From positions 38,935-102,934 of the forward strand of contig JANMWK010000098.1 of the NCBI GenBank assembly GCA_031393975.1: a DNA stretch of 64,000 nucleotides. Reading direction: 5' to 3'. The notes beneath the pieces were generated by a model. The model was given only the letters and a program-made list of their open reading frames with translations, searched no databases and was not told the DNA's origin. This stretch comes from Hyphomicrobiales bacterium (GTDB lineage Bacteria; Pseudomonadota; Alphaproteobacteria; Rhizobiales; Aestuariivirgaceae). Below, one piece after another: positions 1 to 10,354 of the stretch. The translations under genes and the position numbers were made by a program. Every line of letters begins with the position of its first letter. The stretch's first letter is position 1.

Positions 1-246
1 AGAAAGCTTAGATATCTGTGGCACCTGCGTTGAAATCTTGTCACTAATTTCAATAGTCTCAAAAACCAATCCGTCCATATGCAAGACAATTTGGTTCTGC
101 GATTCTGCCACCATGAGATCAATTTCGACAACGCCATGAAACCTTTGACTGTCAGGATTAATGGTCAAGTCCAATGTGTAATTTATCGGAACGACAGCCG
201 AACTGAGCCTGATAATTTCAACAGCTGCAAAAGTCTTTTGATTCAT
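1..246 (-). CDS. M1 family aminopeptidase, N-terminal part (runs off window edge)
   Basis: Manual translation from ATG at 246: MNQKTFAAVEIIRLSSAVVPINYTLDLTINPDSQRFHGVVEIDL...IVLH, matching the M1 peptidase N-terminal pattern RLxxxVxPxxYxLxL..FxGxVxI..IxLH; not in the ORF track. Confidence 0.7.
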   Translation of the reverse strand, partial: MNQKTFAAVEIIRLSSAVVPINYTLDLTINPDSQRFHGVVEIDLMVAESQNQIVLHMDGLVFETIEISDKISTQVPQISKLS

Positions 247-327
247 TAAATTCAAACCCAAACATCTCAGACTGTCATGCTTAGCCATTGGTTCTGGGTG
301 ATGCAACTTGCACTCTGCGCAGTTGCC

Positions 328-1682
328 TTATCGCTTTGCCAAGAACGCAAAGACCATACACAGCAAAAACAACCCAAATGAAACGCCTCGCCAAAAACCT
401 GCCGGGTCACGCTCAATCAGTGGGCGATGGCGAGACGGGATCAACGCTGAATTCGGTTTTCGCAGATTGGTCGTTAGGGCTGAGAGCGCTTCCGTGCGCT
501 CACTTGCATCAATGCGCACGGCATCTTCAAGTGCAGCATCGAGCCAGTGTGGAATATCTGTGCGCCAGTGAGGTGCAGGTATATATTTCAACCGCCTAAT
601 CTTTGCCGCGCTTGTTATTCCAGAACCATAGGGCAATTGGCCGGTTAGCATTTCATAAGTGATCACACCCAGTGAATAAATGTCAGCAAGATTAGTTGGT
701 TGATCGCCCCTCAGATTTTCAGGTGCGGTATAATCAGCGGTGCCGGCTGGAATGTTCAAATTCAACTTCGCACTCGCGTCACTCCAACCCGCCGCTCGCG
801 AAGAGCCAAAGTCGATAATTTTAACTACACCTTGGGCGATGATCATCACATTGCCGGATTTTAAATCAAGATGAAGAATATCTTTGCGGTGCATGGCGCG
901 AAGGCCAACGGCAATTTGCTCTACAATTTGCCGCAGCGTCTCCAATTCAGGCTTTGGATTATCAAGCATCCATTGCTGAAGCGTCTTACCCTCAAAAAAT
1001 TCAGTGACATGATAGAGAAAATTGCGAGCGTTTTTAAGCTCATGAATTTTAAGCGTGTGGGGGCTCAAAACTAAACGCCCCACCCACTCTTCATGCGCAA
1101 AGGCTTCTATATAAGCGACATCATCCTCGAAGTTAGGCGATGGCGTTTTGATGGCCACGGTTTCGCCAGATAATTTCTCAGTCGCAAGATAAACTTGGCT
1201 GCGACTGCTCTCGTGAATAAGCCTCTCAATTCTAAAACCATCCAAGGTGTCGCCAAATGAACGCCGTCTGTAGTTAGAACATAAACATCACCCGTTTCCA
1301 AAATCTCTTGCCGATAATCAATCTCCAAATTTTGATTAATGCCAAAAGCGCGGGACAAATGTTCCATGCCACGTTCGCTGCATTCTTGCGCAAGGCCTTG
1401 TGTATAAAGCCATGCATTGTCTGCTTGAAGCACGGGGACCACTGAACGCTTAATCGTCCAACTTTCATGCGTGGCGTAACAATCTTCGAGGAAAGATCGC
1501 ACACAGCACTCACTGGCCTCCTTGGCGGCTTCACTGGATGACATGCCATCGGCAATCGCAATGGCAATACCTTTGGCTTCGAGAACAGGAGCCTCCGGCA
1601 CCACGATGCCATATGAATCATCATTGCGGGACTTTCGCCCCGCAATGGAAGATTGTTCGATTTCAGTTTTTAGTGAGTTCAT
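328..1682 (-). pseudogene. Bifunctional PP2C phosphatase / Ser-Thr kinase (nitrate-cluster associated), frameshifted and internally deleted
   Basis: PP2C motifs (IADG, LTTDGVH) in ORF 1107..1682 and kinase motifs (VAIK, HLDLKSGN, DFG, APE) in ORF 328..1245 lie in different frames; the central PP2C HVGDSR segment is missing. Confidence 0.8.
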
Positions 1683-2173
1683 GTCACATCAATAAGAACA
1701 ATAGTTCCATCTGGCAGTTCTTCGGCAATTTGCCCTTTGGGACCTTCGATGAAAAGCCATGTAAAGGTAAGCGCCAAGCCAGACCCGATGGCAGCAACCA
1801 GAAACAATGTTTGCGCATCTGTGCTGGCAAAAATAGTGAGAAACAACACACCCCCCACATTACTAAAAGCCCCGACCATGCCCGCAATCTGACCCGTTAA
1901 GCGGCGCTTGATCATGGGTAACATCGCATAGACGGCACCATTGCCAGCATTCACAAACAATGAGCAGATGAACGTTGCAATGACCGCGAATGCTATGCCC
2001 GTTGCTGGCCCCATGTTACTCATCAAGTAATAGCCCAGCGCAGTTCCCGCCAAACAAACAGTCAAAACTTTGCGTCGGCCAAAACGATCACTCAGATACC
2101 CGCCAATGGGGCGCGCAAAGAATGTCGTAAGGCCAAAGCTTGCGCCGAGGAAGCCTGCCACAGGCAAAGACAG
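1679..2173 (-). pseudogene. NarK/NasA-type MFS nitrate/nitrite transporter, C-terminal half only
   Basis: FARPIGGYLSDRFGRR and GQIAGMVGAFSNVGG motifs; the N-terminal half is absent and replaced by antisense nirD sequence. Confidence 0.8.
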
Positions 2174-2490
2174 AAATTGGTGGGCTGGAAGATATTCCAC
2201 GCCAAGGCTCACGCGTGGTAAAAACTGCATCAGGCGATGTGGCCATATTTCGCAGCACCGACGATCAAGTTTTTGCACTGCATGATAAATGTCCTCACAA
2301 GGGTGGCCCGCTCAGCCAAGGCATAGTGCACGGAACCTCCGTCACCTGCCCGCTCCACAATTGGGTGATAGGGCTTGATACGGGTGAAGCCAAAGGCAAT
2401 GACAAAGGATGCACCCATAGATTTGAAATTAAACTGGTGGGTGACCGCGTGTTTCTGGATGTGAAAAACACCCTCCGTGCGGTGGCGTGA
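2173..2490 (+). pseudogene. nirD: Nitrite reductase small subunit NirD (Rieske-like), 5' truncated
   Basis: EIGGLEDIP...CPHKGGPLSQGIVHG..VTCPLHNW; no native start codon or RBS, 5' end abuts the transporter fragment. Confidence 0.8.
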
Positions 2491-4539
2491 TGCAAGACAC
2501 AAAAACTACCTGTCCCTATTGCGGCGTAGGGTGTGGCGTTATTGCATCCCGCGATGACGCTGGTGAAATGTACATAGCAGGTGATCCTGATCATCCGGCA
2601 AATTTTGGCAAAGATAGCCAAAACATTTAACGACACTCTTGCAAAATTCGGCCCGGATTCTCTAGCCTTCTACGTCTCCGCTCAATTACTCACTGAAGAT
2701 TATTATGTAGCAAACAAAGTGATGAAGGGCTTCATTGGGTCCGCGAACATCGACACCAACAGTCGCCTCTGCATGGCGTCATCTGTTGCTGGTCACAAAC
2801 GCGCCTTTGGTGCCGATGTGGTGCCTTACAACTACGAAGATTTGGATTTGGCTGACTTGGTGGTGCTCACCGGCTCAAATTTCGCATGGTGCCACCCCGT
2901 ATTATTCCAGCGCCTCATGGCGGCCAAAGAAAAGCGTGGCACCAAAATCATTGTCATTGATCCCCGCAAAACTGCCACTGCTGAATGTGCCGATTTACAT
3001 CTGGCGATCAATCCGGGCAGCGACGTGGCCCTATACAACGGTCTGCTGCACTATCTCTACGTTCACGGCAAATCAGACTCGCTTTATATTTGTAGTTGCC
3101 GCCCTGAGCGCCGCAAATGATACGAACATTCCTGAGACCACGGATATTGCGCAATCGCAACTCGACGCTTTTTACGCGCTTTTCAGTAACACTGAACGCA
3201 CTGTCTCAGTCTGGTCGCAAGGTGTGAACCAATCCAGTGCTGGCACCGACAAAGTGAATGCAATCATTAATTGTCATCTCCTCACGGGCCGCATTGGCAA
3301 GCCTGCCATGGGACCATTTTCAATCACCGGTCAGCCTCATGCCATGGGTGGCCGAGAAGTCGGTGGGCTGGCCAATATGCTCGCTGCTCATACGGCAACA
3401 GAAAATCCACAACACCGCAATATCGTCCAGCGTTTCGGGGCCTCACCCACAATTGCAATGTCAGCCGGTCTGAAAGCCGTCGATATGTTTGATGCCGTAG
3501 CCGATGGTCGCATCAAAGCAATATGGATTATGGCGACCAATCCAATAGTCTCCATGCCCAATGCCGACGCCATCCGCGATGCGTTGAAAGCATGTCCCTT
3601 TTTTGTGGTAAGTGAGGCCGTGAACAATTCGGATACTGCAAAGCTCGCCCATGTTCTGCTGCCTGCTGCGGCATGGGGGAAAAGGATGGAACCGTTACTA
3701 ATTCAGAGCGCCGTATTTCCAGGCAGCGTTCCTTTTTGCCTGCACCAGAACAGGCCAAACAAGATTGAAAAATCATCTGCGATGTAGCCAAAGCCATGGG
3801 CTATGCAGGTTTTGATTTTAAATCCTCCGCCCAAATTTTCCGCGAATATGCATCCCTCACCGCATTTAAAAACGAAGGCACGCGCGCCATTAATTTAAAT
3901 GAAGTGCTCGCCATGGATTACGATAATCTAGTGCCCTTTCAGTGGGGCAAATCACGGATGTTTGCCGATGGAAAATTTTTCACAGTATCGGGTCGCGCCA
4001 ATTTCATCGCTACACCTTATCGTCCAGTCCAATCTCAAACTTCAACCGAGTTTCCTCTGGTGCTGAACACGGGCCGTATTCGCGACCAGTGGCACACCAT
4101 AACCCGCACTGGAAAATCAGCGCGACTAACAGCCCATATGGGCGAGCCCTTTGCAGAAATTCACCCAGAAGATGCTGCTGTTTTTAAGGTCAAGCCCGCG
4201 ACACTCATAACCCTCAATTCTCCACTTTGCGAAGTGATCGTGCGCGCCAATATTACTAAAAAACAGAAACCTGGTTCAATTTTTGCACTCATGCATTGGA
4301 GCGATATGAACTCAGCAAACGCGCGTTCAATTATCTGTGCCTGCAATAACGTGGGCAGAAACACAATTAGCATTGCTATTTCTCAAGGTGCTGCAACTCT
4401 AAAAGAAATCGGCGCTGCAACCAAGGCCGGCATCAGCTGCGGCTCCTGCCGCGCCGAACTCAAGCAAATGTTAAGCGCCAAACTTAAGATGATGATCTCT
4501 GCCGGAGCACCTGAATTGATCCAATATGATATCTTATAG
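2490..4539 (+). pseudogene. nasA: Assimilatory nitrate reductase catalytic subunit, disrupted
   Basis: TTCPYCGVGCG N-terminus from ATG 2490, NIDTNSRLC, LNTGRIRDQWH and a C-terminal BFD-like CAC..CGSC, spread over several frames; in-frame TGA at 3766-3768; internal deletions. Confidence 0.9.
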
Positions 4540-4616
4540 CGAAGTGCGACACTTTTTGGTTCCGAATAGTTTTGAGAGTTTGCGCCCTAATTGTTCCACC
4601 GCGAAAATGTGAGTAG

Positions 4617-5066
4617 CTAACAAAGCCAACGCTTCAAGCCGACTATCCGTGCGACAATGACCGAACTTAAAGAATAGTCGCCCGTTCGAATGATATCTGC
4701 GCAAATCTGTTGAAACTGCCGAATGGAGTTTTCATCATTCGAGGCACATTCTTGCTGATAAATCGGCCGACTGTGAACTTCCCCCTAAAACGAACACCAA
4801 CAGGCCAGACGTTCAGGAGTGCAGATCACATCATTAAAATCGGCTTGGAGCAAAGCTGCCAATTTTTCTGCCGGAACATCGCCCGCATCCAGCAAGGCGC
4901 TCGACCAATTTTGGCGATACTCATCGGCCATAAACAGCAAAGTTGCTGTCAAAAGTTTTTCCTTGGATTCAAAATGGAAGTTGACCAAGCCATTTGAAAC
5001 ACCGGCCTCAGCGACAATACTTTCGAGAGTCGTTTGTAAAAACCCTTTGCGTGCCAACACCCGCAT
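4617..5066 (-). pseudogene. TetR/BetI-like regulator, N-terminally truncated with a nonsense codon
   Basis: HTH TTLESIVAEAGVSNGLVNFHFESKE; TAG at 4785-4787 falls in F*GE (expected FWGE) and homology-like sequence continues (RPIYQQEC). Confidence 0.7.
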
Positions 5067-5522
5067 AGTGGGTCGATCAACTATTGTCGGCGATGATCGC
5101 GTGGATGAAGCCGCCTGCAACGGCATGAATGTCGGTGGTGAGTGTGCACTTTCAGCCGAACGAAAGTTGATTGTCGCTGACCGTATGGCGAAGATGGTGT
5201 CATGTGGACTGCCAATGGGGATACTGGGGACCCGTGAGGAGGGTTGGAAACGACAACCATCCCCTAATCGCGCGGCATTCCCCCAATCACTAAAACGCGG
5301 GCGCATTTGACGCCGATCAATGATGCCAATCGCCTTGAAGATCTATTCTAAGCTCATGACCAAACCATTGCTGCCATGCTGATTGAACCGATGTTCATTT
5401 GGTAACCCGTATGTTAGCAACAGGGCTAAATAATCCACGATCCGAAATTAAACAATGAATGTCATTAATTAAACTGTCAGCAGTCTCGCGTCATTTAAAA
5501 ACGAGGCAAAAGAGGGCCTATC

Positions 5523-6728
5523 ATGGCACATTCCGACAATTCACTCGATCCTCATCACATTGGAGCAGGTCCGCCAATGGGCGTTGTGGTGCCGCGGATG
5601 GAGTGGGACCGCGCTCCTTGGAACCGCTGGTCTTTCCAACATATTCGAGAAATTTTGCCAACAACGGAAGTGTGGCGGGGAGATCAACCCGTTCGTGAAT
5701 TCCAGCGACGGGACAAAGATATTGACACGCTAAAGGTACCAAACATCGCCGGGGAAATTGCCTCTCTTCTGGATATGTTGGAAGAAACTTACACCGACGG
5801 TTTTCTGGTTCTGCATCGGGGTGCGATTGTTTATGAGCGGTATTTTGGTGCCATGACGCCGCGCACCCTTCACCTTTCGCAATCCGTTTCAAAATCTATA
5901 GTTGGCATGACTGCTGGAATCTTAATTCATCGCGATTTGTTGAACCCAAAAAAACTGGTCTCTGATTATCTGCCTGAGCTTGCCGCAACCGCTTGGAAAG
6001 ACGCAACCGTGCAGCAGGTTCTCGATATGACCACAGGTGTTAAATTTAATGAAGATTATACTGATCCTCATTCCGATATAGGCCAACTGGATGTGGCCTC
6101 GAATTGGAAGCCTATCCCGGCTGGAACTGATCCTAATCTAAAATGGCCCACGCATGTTTGGGAACAAATATTAGGGTTGAAGCAACTCTCCCGGCTTCAT
6201 GGTGCCCAGTTTGAGTATCGTTCCATTGAAACAGATGTGTTGGCATTTTGTATGGAACGGGTAACTGGCAAGCGCCTCGGCCAAATCGTATCAGAAGAGA
6301 TATGGCAAAAACTGGGTGCTGAAGAGAGCGCATGCTTCACAATCGATCCGGCTGGCTATTCCATGGCTGATGGCGGCTTTAATGCAACGCTGCGCGATTA
6401 TGGGCGCTTTGGACAAATGGTGTTGGCCGATGGTAATAACATCGTTCCAAAAGCTTGGATTGACGAAACGCGCCGGGCCAACCACGCCATGTTTGCCCCG
6501 CCCTATACGATTGTCTTGCCAAACGGTGGCTATCACAATCAGTTTTGGGTCGAGGACCCGCATTCTCAAAACTTAATGTGCCGAGGTGTATTCGGGCAGC
6601 TGATCTATATTGATTTTGCTCACCAAATGGTTGTAGTGAAACTTTCAAGTTGGCCTGAATTTGTCAGCCCCAAAAAGATGCTAGCCACGCTGGCCGCAGT
6701 TCGGACAATTGCGGCAACTCTGCCATGA
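5523..6728 (+). CDS. Serine hydrolase (beta-lactamase fold, NylB/6-aminohexanoate-dimer hydrolase-like)
   Basis: SxxK (SVSK), FEYRS and RGVFGQ motifs; 401 aa. Confidence 0.88.
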   Translation: MAHSDNSLDPHHIGAGPPMGVVVPRMEWDRAPWNRWSFQHIREILPTTEVWRGDQPVREFQRRDKDIDTLKVPNIAGEIASLLDMLEETYTDGFLVLHRGAIVYERYFGAMTPRTLHLSQSVSKSIVGMTAGILIHRDLLNPKKLVSDYLPELAATAWKDATVQQVLDMTTGVKFNEDYTDPHSDIGQLDVASNWKPIPAGTDPNLKWPTHVWEQILGLKQLSRLHGAQFEYRSIETDVLAFCMERVTGKRLGQIVSEEIWQKLGAEESACFTIDPAGYSMADGGFNATLRDYGRFGQMVLADGNNIVPKAWIDETRRANHAMFAPPYTIVLPNGGYHNQFWVEDPHSQNLMCRGVFGQLIYIDFAHQMVVVKLSSWPEFVSPKKMLATLAAVRTIAATLP

Positions 6729-6745
6729 TTGCGTGGGGGTCAATC

Positions 6746-7456
6746 TCAGAACGATAGAGTAAGCCAGTCTTTCAGTGCTGCGATAACAGCAACAGGTTGT
6801 TCCATTGTTGTGATATGCCCAGCATTGTTAATTTCCCGCAACACACTGCGTGAAAGTTCCTTTGCCATTTGTTCATGATAGACTGGCGGGCATAGCGCAT
6901 CTTCTTCACCACACAGCAAAAGTGTGGGACCATGATAGTTGCGCAAAATTTCGGTGTGGTCTGCGCGATCACGCAAGGCCAGTGATTGTGCAATGAAAAT
7001 TTCATCGCCGAGATCAAGTGCCATGGCAATCAAGAGATCGAGCAGCGCCTGATTTTTCTGATTGGCTTTAGCAAGATAGATGGGCTTCATTTCACCGGTA
7101 ATGACTTGGCGCAACTTGCCCGCCCTCACATCTTCTATTTGTCGGTTGCGCAAAGCAAACCGCTCCGGCATGTCGGCTCGGTGATTGGTATCGAGCAACG
7201 CAAGCCTGCTCACGCGCTGGCGCGAAAAACCAACCATGCTCATGGCAACAATACCGCCCATCGAAAGACCCATGAGATTAAATGTCGGAGCCTTGACCTC
7301 ATTTAATATGCGCCTCGCCATTCCTTCTATGGAAGTAGGTCTATCCAGTAGCGGCACAATAATTTCGTATTCATTTTCGAAAGCCGAAATTTGCGGCGCG
7401 AACAATCGCTCATCACACATCATGCCCGGCAGCATGACTAACGTTTCTTTTGGCAT
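6746..7456 (-). CDS. Alpha/beta fold hydrolase
   Basis: LPGMMCD, GLSMGG nucleophile elbow, GEED and AGH; start taken at ATG 7456. Confidence 0.88.
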   Translation of the reverse strand: MPKETLVMLPGMMCDERLFAPQISAFENEYEIIVPLLDRPTSIEGMARRILNEVKAPTFNLMGLSMGGIVAMSMVGFSRQRVSRLALLDTNHRADMPERFALRNRQIEDVRAGKLRQVITGEMKPIYLAKANQKNQALLDLLIAMALDLGDEIFIAQSLALRDRADHTEILRNYHGPTLLLCGEEDALCPPVYHEQMAKELSRSVLREINNAGHITTMEQPVAVIAALKDWLTLSF

Positions 7457-7460
7457 CGGG

Positions 7461-8594
7461 TTAGGCGCGTTCGTTTGCCAATGCGGCACCTTCGGATAGT
7501 GTTTTCAGTTTGGCAAAACAGATTTCCGGATCAACCGCGCCAAATCCCGCAAAAGTGCCAAAGCCACAATCAGACCCCGCAATAACCCGGTCTTTGCCGA
7601 CGATAGAAATAAATCTTTCAAGTCTTTGGGCCACAAGTTCGGGATGTTCAACAAAGTTGGTTGTTGTATCAACAACACCGGGAACTAGAATTCGATCATC
7701 AGGAATATCGTCGCTGCGATCACGAAATGTCGCCCATTCATGACCATGGCGCGGGTTAGACGTTTCAAATAGCATATAACGCGCTTTGACTTTCATAAAC
7801 GTATTCAGAACCTTGGCCATGTCGATATCACAAACATGCGGACCCTCATAGTTGCCCCAGCAGATATGTACGCGCACTTTTTCTTGCGGAACATCCGCCA
7901 AGGCATGGTTCAACGCTTCAACATGAATGTCAGCGATTTTCACGAATTCTTCATCCGAAAGTTCTGTGAACAGCATATGGCGCGACAAGGCGAGGTCTGG
8001 GCAATCAACTTGCAAATCAAGGCCCGCATCGGTGATCGTTTTATATTCCTCGCGCATGGCGTCTGCGAGGGCCGTCAAATATTTTTCACGCGTAGCGTAA
8101 TGGGCGTTTTGCAAAAACAGAGAAATGACGCCAGGCGATGCGGCATTCATAAAGCCCCGCTCTGCTCCATTCTTTTTCATGGCGGCTTTGAGATTGGCAA
8201 TGTCTTTTTGCAGCTCATCTTGTCCGCGTGATTTGACCTCACTTGTGCACATCGGTCGGGCATATGTTGGTGTTCCACCGCCTTGCGAAAGCCGTTGCAT
8301 GAAGCTTGGAAATAGCTTGAGATCAGCCGGAGCATTGCGCGGGCTGTCACCGGAAAAACCCGTATAACGGTCCTTCACATAGGTGGCATATGAAATTTTC
8401 GATGTCTCGCCATCCGAGACAATAGAAACACCCGCTTCAACCTGCTTTCGAACAGTATCATCCACCGCAGCAGCCATCGCTTGATCAAAAGCCTTTTGAT
8501 CAAAAGCCTCCCCACGTTCTCTTGCAAACAGAAAATCAACTACTTCCTGCGAGCGCGGCAATGACCCTACATGGGTGACTGAAATCTTGGACAT
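7461..8594 (-). CDS. Cobalamin-independent methionine synthase II family / epoxyalkane:CoM-transferase-like Zn enzyme
   Basis: THVGSLPR, SDGE, HICWGNYEGPH (HxC Zn motif) and DCGFGT; single barrel, 377 aa. Confidence 0.9.
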   Translation of the reverse strand: MSKISVTHVGSLPRSQEVVDFLFARERGEAFDQKAFDQAMAAAVDDTVRKQVEAGVSIVSDGETSKISYATYVKDRYTGFSGDSPRNAPADLKLFPSFMQRLSQGGGTPTYARPMCTSEVKSRGQDELQKDIANLKAAMKKNGAERGFMNAASPGVISLFLQNAHYATREKYLTALADAMREEYKTITDAGLDLQVDCPDLALSRHMLFTELSDEEFVKIADIHVEALNHALADVPQEKVRVHICWGNYEGPHVCDIDMAKVLNTFMKVKARYMLFETSNPRHGHEWATFRDRSDDIPDDRILVPGVVDTTTNFVEHPELVAQRLERFISIVGKDRVIAGSDCGFGTFAGFGAVDPEICFAKLKTLSEGAALANERA

Positions 8595-8604
8595 AGGCAA
8601 TACC

Positions 8605-9573
8605 TCAATTCGGTTTCCAGGTGGGGCCGGCAGGATCATCCGTGTTACGAACGCGATAGAGCGAGGCTTCACCCGTCATGGATGGGAAAATCGCGTGGGC
8701 GAGATGAGGTGGAATGGCGCAAGTGTCGCCCGGTGCCAAAACTTTCTCATGGCCCGCCCATTGCAGCTTCCAATGGCCACGCATCACCATTAGAATCTCA
8801 TGGCGCTTCGTGGAATAGGCGGTTTCAGGAATAGATCCGCGCTGGATGAGGTCAATCTCAAAACCCGGTTTGTCGCGCAAAAGCGCATCTGGCCCGATCA
8901 CCTTGCAGGGAGCATTTGCAGCCAGCGCCATCATATCCCAATACCTCCCCACATGGCTCCGCACCATCGCCGAGACGGGAAGTTCGGGAAACGCTTTCAG
9001 TTCTTCATCGTTGAGCAATGGCATGGGTGGCACACCTTCGGGAAGCTGCTTGGCTTTCTTGGAATCGTAAAGTTTTCCATTCTTGCCAAGAATGAGACCA
9101 TAGCTCTTCGCATCCTCAATCACCTGTGGCGCCCAGATCACGCCACCGCCTGAATCATCGCCACCCAAGATGGCCATGATCATGCCATAGTCAGTACCAA
9201 TATTTTCAAAGGCGCGGAAAATTCCAGTCGGCAAATTGATAATGTCGCCTTCTTCCAAAACTACTTCACCCGCCTTGCCCCAGCGCCCCCAGAAAAACCG
9301 CCACCTGCCGCTGCGTACGAAAAATACTTCTGCGGTGCGGTGTGAGTGCAGTGAGTTGCGGCATTTGGGCGGCTGACCTGCTGCGCCAATATTGAACCCT
9401 GGCGTTTCTTGGATATGGACGTGTTGGTCTGATGCTTCAGAGACCCCTCCTCCGATGATGGTAAAGTTTTCCTTCTGGTCTGAACCGGGCGTGTGCGCAT
9501 CGATGAAGGCTGTTTTGCAAGGGCGCAGATCGCCGTAGCGAACAATGCGGGCTTCCATCTGGTCAGGTGTCAT
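8605..9573 (-). CDS. Bicupin protein
   Basis: LHSHRTAEVFFV..GRWRF cupin motif plus a second C-terminal cupin (HEILMVMRG..PPHLAH). Confidence 0.85.
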   Translation of the reverse strand: MTPDQMEARIVRYGDLRPCKTAFIDAHTPGSDQKENFTIIGGGVSEASDQHVHIQETPGFNIGAAGQPPKCRNSLHSHRTAEVFFVRSGRWRFFWGRWGKAGEVVLEEGDIINLPTGIFRAFENIGTDYGMIMAILGGDDSGGGVIWAPQVIEDAKSYGLILGKNGKLYDSKKAKQLPEGVPPMPLLNDEELKAFPELPVSAMVRSHVGRYWDMMALAANAPCKVIGPDALLRDKPGFEIDLIQRGSIPETAYSTKRHEILMVMRGHWKLQWAGHEKVLAPGDTCAIPPHLAHAIFPSMTGEASLYRVRNTDDPAGPTWKPN

Positions 9574-9589
9574 TTCTTAAGTCTCCCAT

Positions 9590-10354
9590 TCAACCGGCGG
9601 TCCAGCCGCCATCTACCATCAAAGCCGAGCCCGTGATCATCGCAGAAGCATCGCTCGCCAAAAACACAACGGCACCCATCACATCTTCCACCTCACCCAC
9701 GCGTGGCAGTTTGATTTTGGATTTAATCCAGGCCAGTCGTTGAGGGTTGGAAAAGGTGGGCTCTGTCATGGGTGTTCGGATAAAAGTTGGGCAAACAGTG
9801 TTTACGCGTATGGAATGTGGTCCCCATTCAATGGCCATGGCTTTGGTCATGCCTTCGACGGCGTGTTTAGAGGCCGCATAGACGCTGCGATCAACACCGC
9901 CCACATGGCCCATTTGCGAAGACACTGTGATGATCGAGCCGCCCTTGCCACTTTGCATCATTTTACGGGCTGCCTCGCGCGCTGAAAAATGTGCGGCCTT
10001 CCAATTGATCGCCATCACAGCATCGAAATCTGTTTCGGCTGTATCGAGTGCCGGAGAATGACGCGCAAAGCCTGCGGAGTTCACATAGATGTCAAGCGCG
10101 TCAAACGCAGAAACGGCGGTGGCAACGGATTTCACATCTGTGATATCGAGTTGAAGGGCCTGGGCCGAATGGCCTTTAGCTTTAAAGGCATCAACCACCT
10201 GTTCGAGTTTTTCTTGACCGCGCGCCGCACAAACGACATGTGCGCCCGCTTCCGCCAGAGCCATTGCACAGCCCAAACCAATCCCGGATGACGCGCCCAC
10301 AACAAGTGCGAGGCGACCATCAAGTCGGAACGAAGGTGTGTGTGGCAGTTTCAT
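9590..10354 (-). CDS. SDR family NAD(P)-dependent oxidoreductase (HpsO-like)
   Basis: GASSGIG, NSAG, YAASK and VDGGW; overlaps the stop of the upstream hisD-like gene by 4 nt. Confidence 0.92.
   Translation of the reverse strand: MKLPHTPSFRLDGRLALVVGASSGIGLGCAMALAEAGAHVVCAARGQEKLEQVVDAFKAKGHSAQALQLDITDVKSVATAVSAFDALDIYVNSAGFARHSPALDTAETDFDAVMAINWKAAHFSAREAARKMMQSGKGGSIITVSSQMGHVGGVDRSVYAASKHAVEGMTKAMAIEWGPHSIRVNTVCPTFIRTPMTEPTFSNPQRLAWIKSKIKLPRVGEVEDVMGAVVFLASDASAMITGSALMVDGGWTAG

Noticed and set aside
4819-5310. 163-aa plus-strand ORF as a real gene
   Set aside because: Its first half is antisense to the TetR pseudogene and it spans a probable deletion junction
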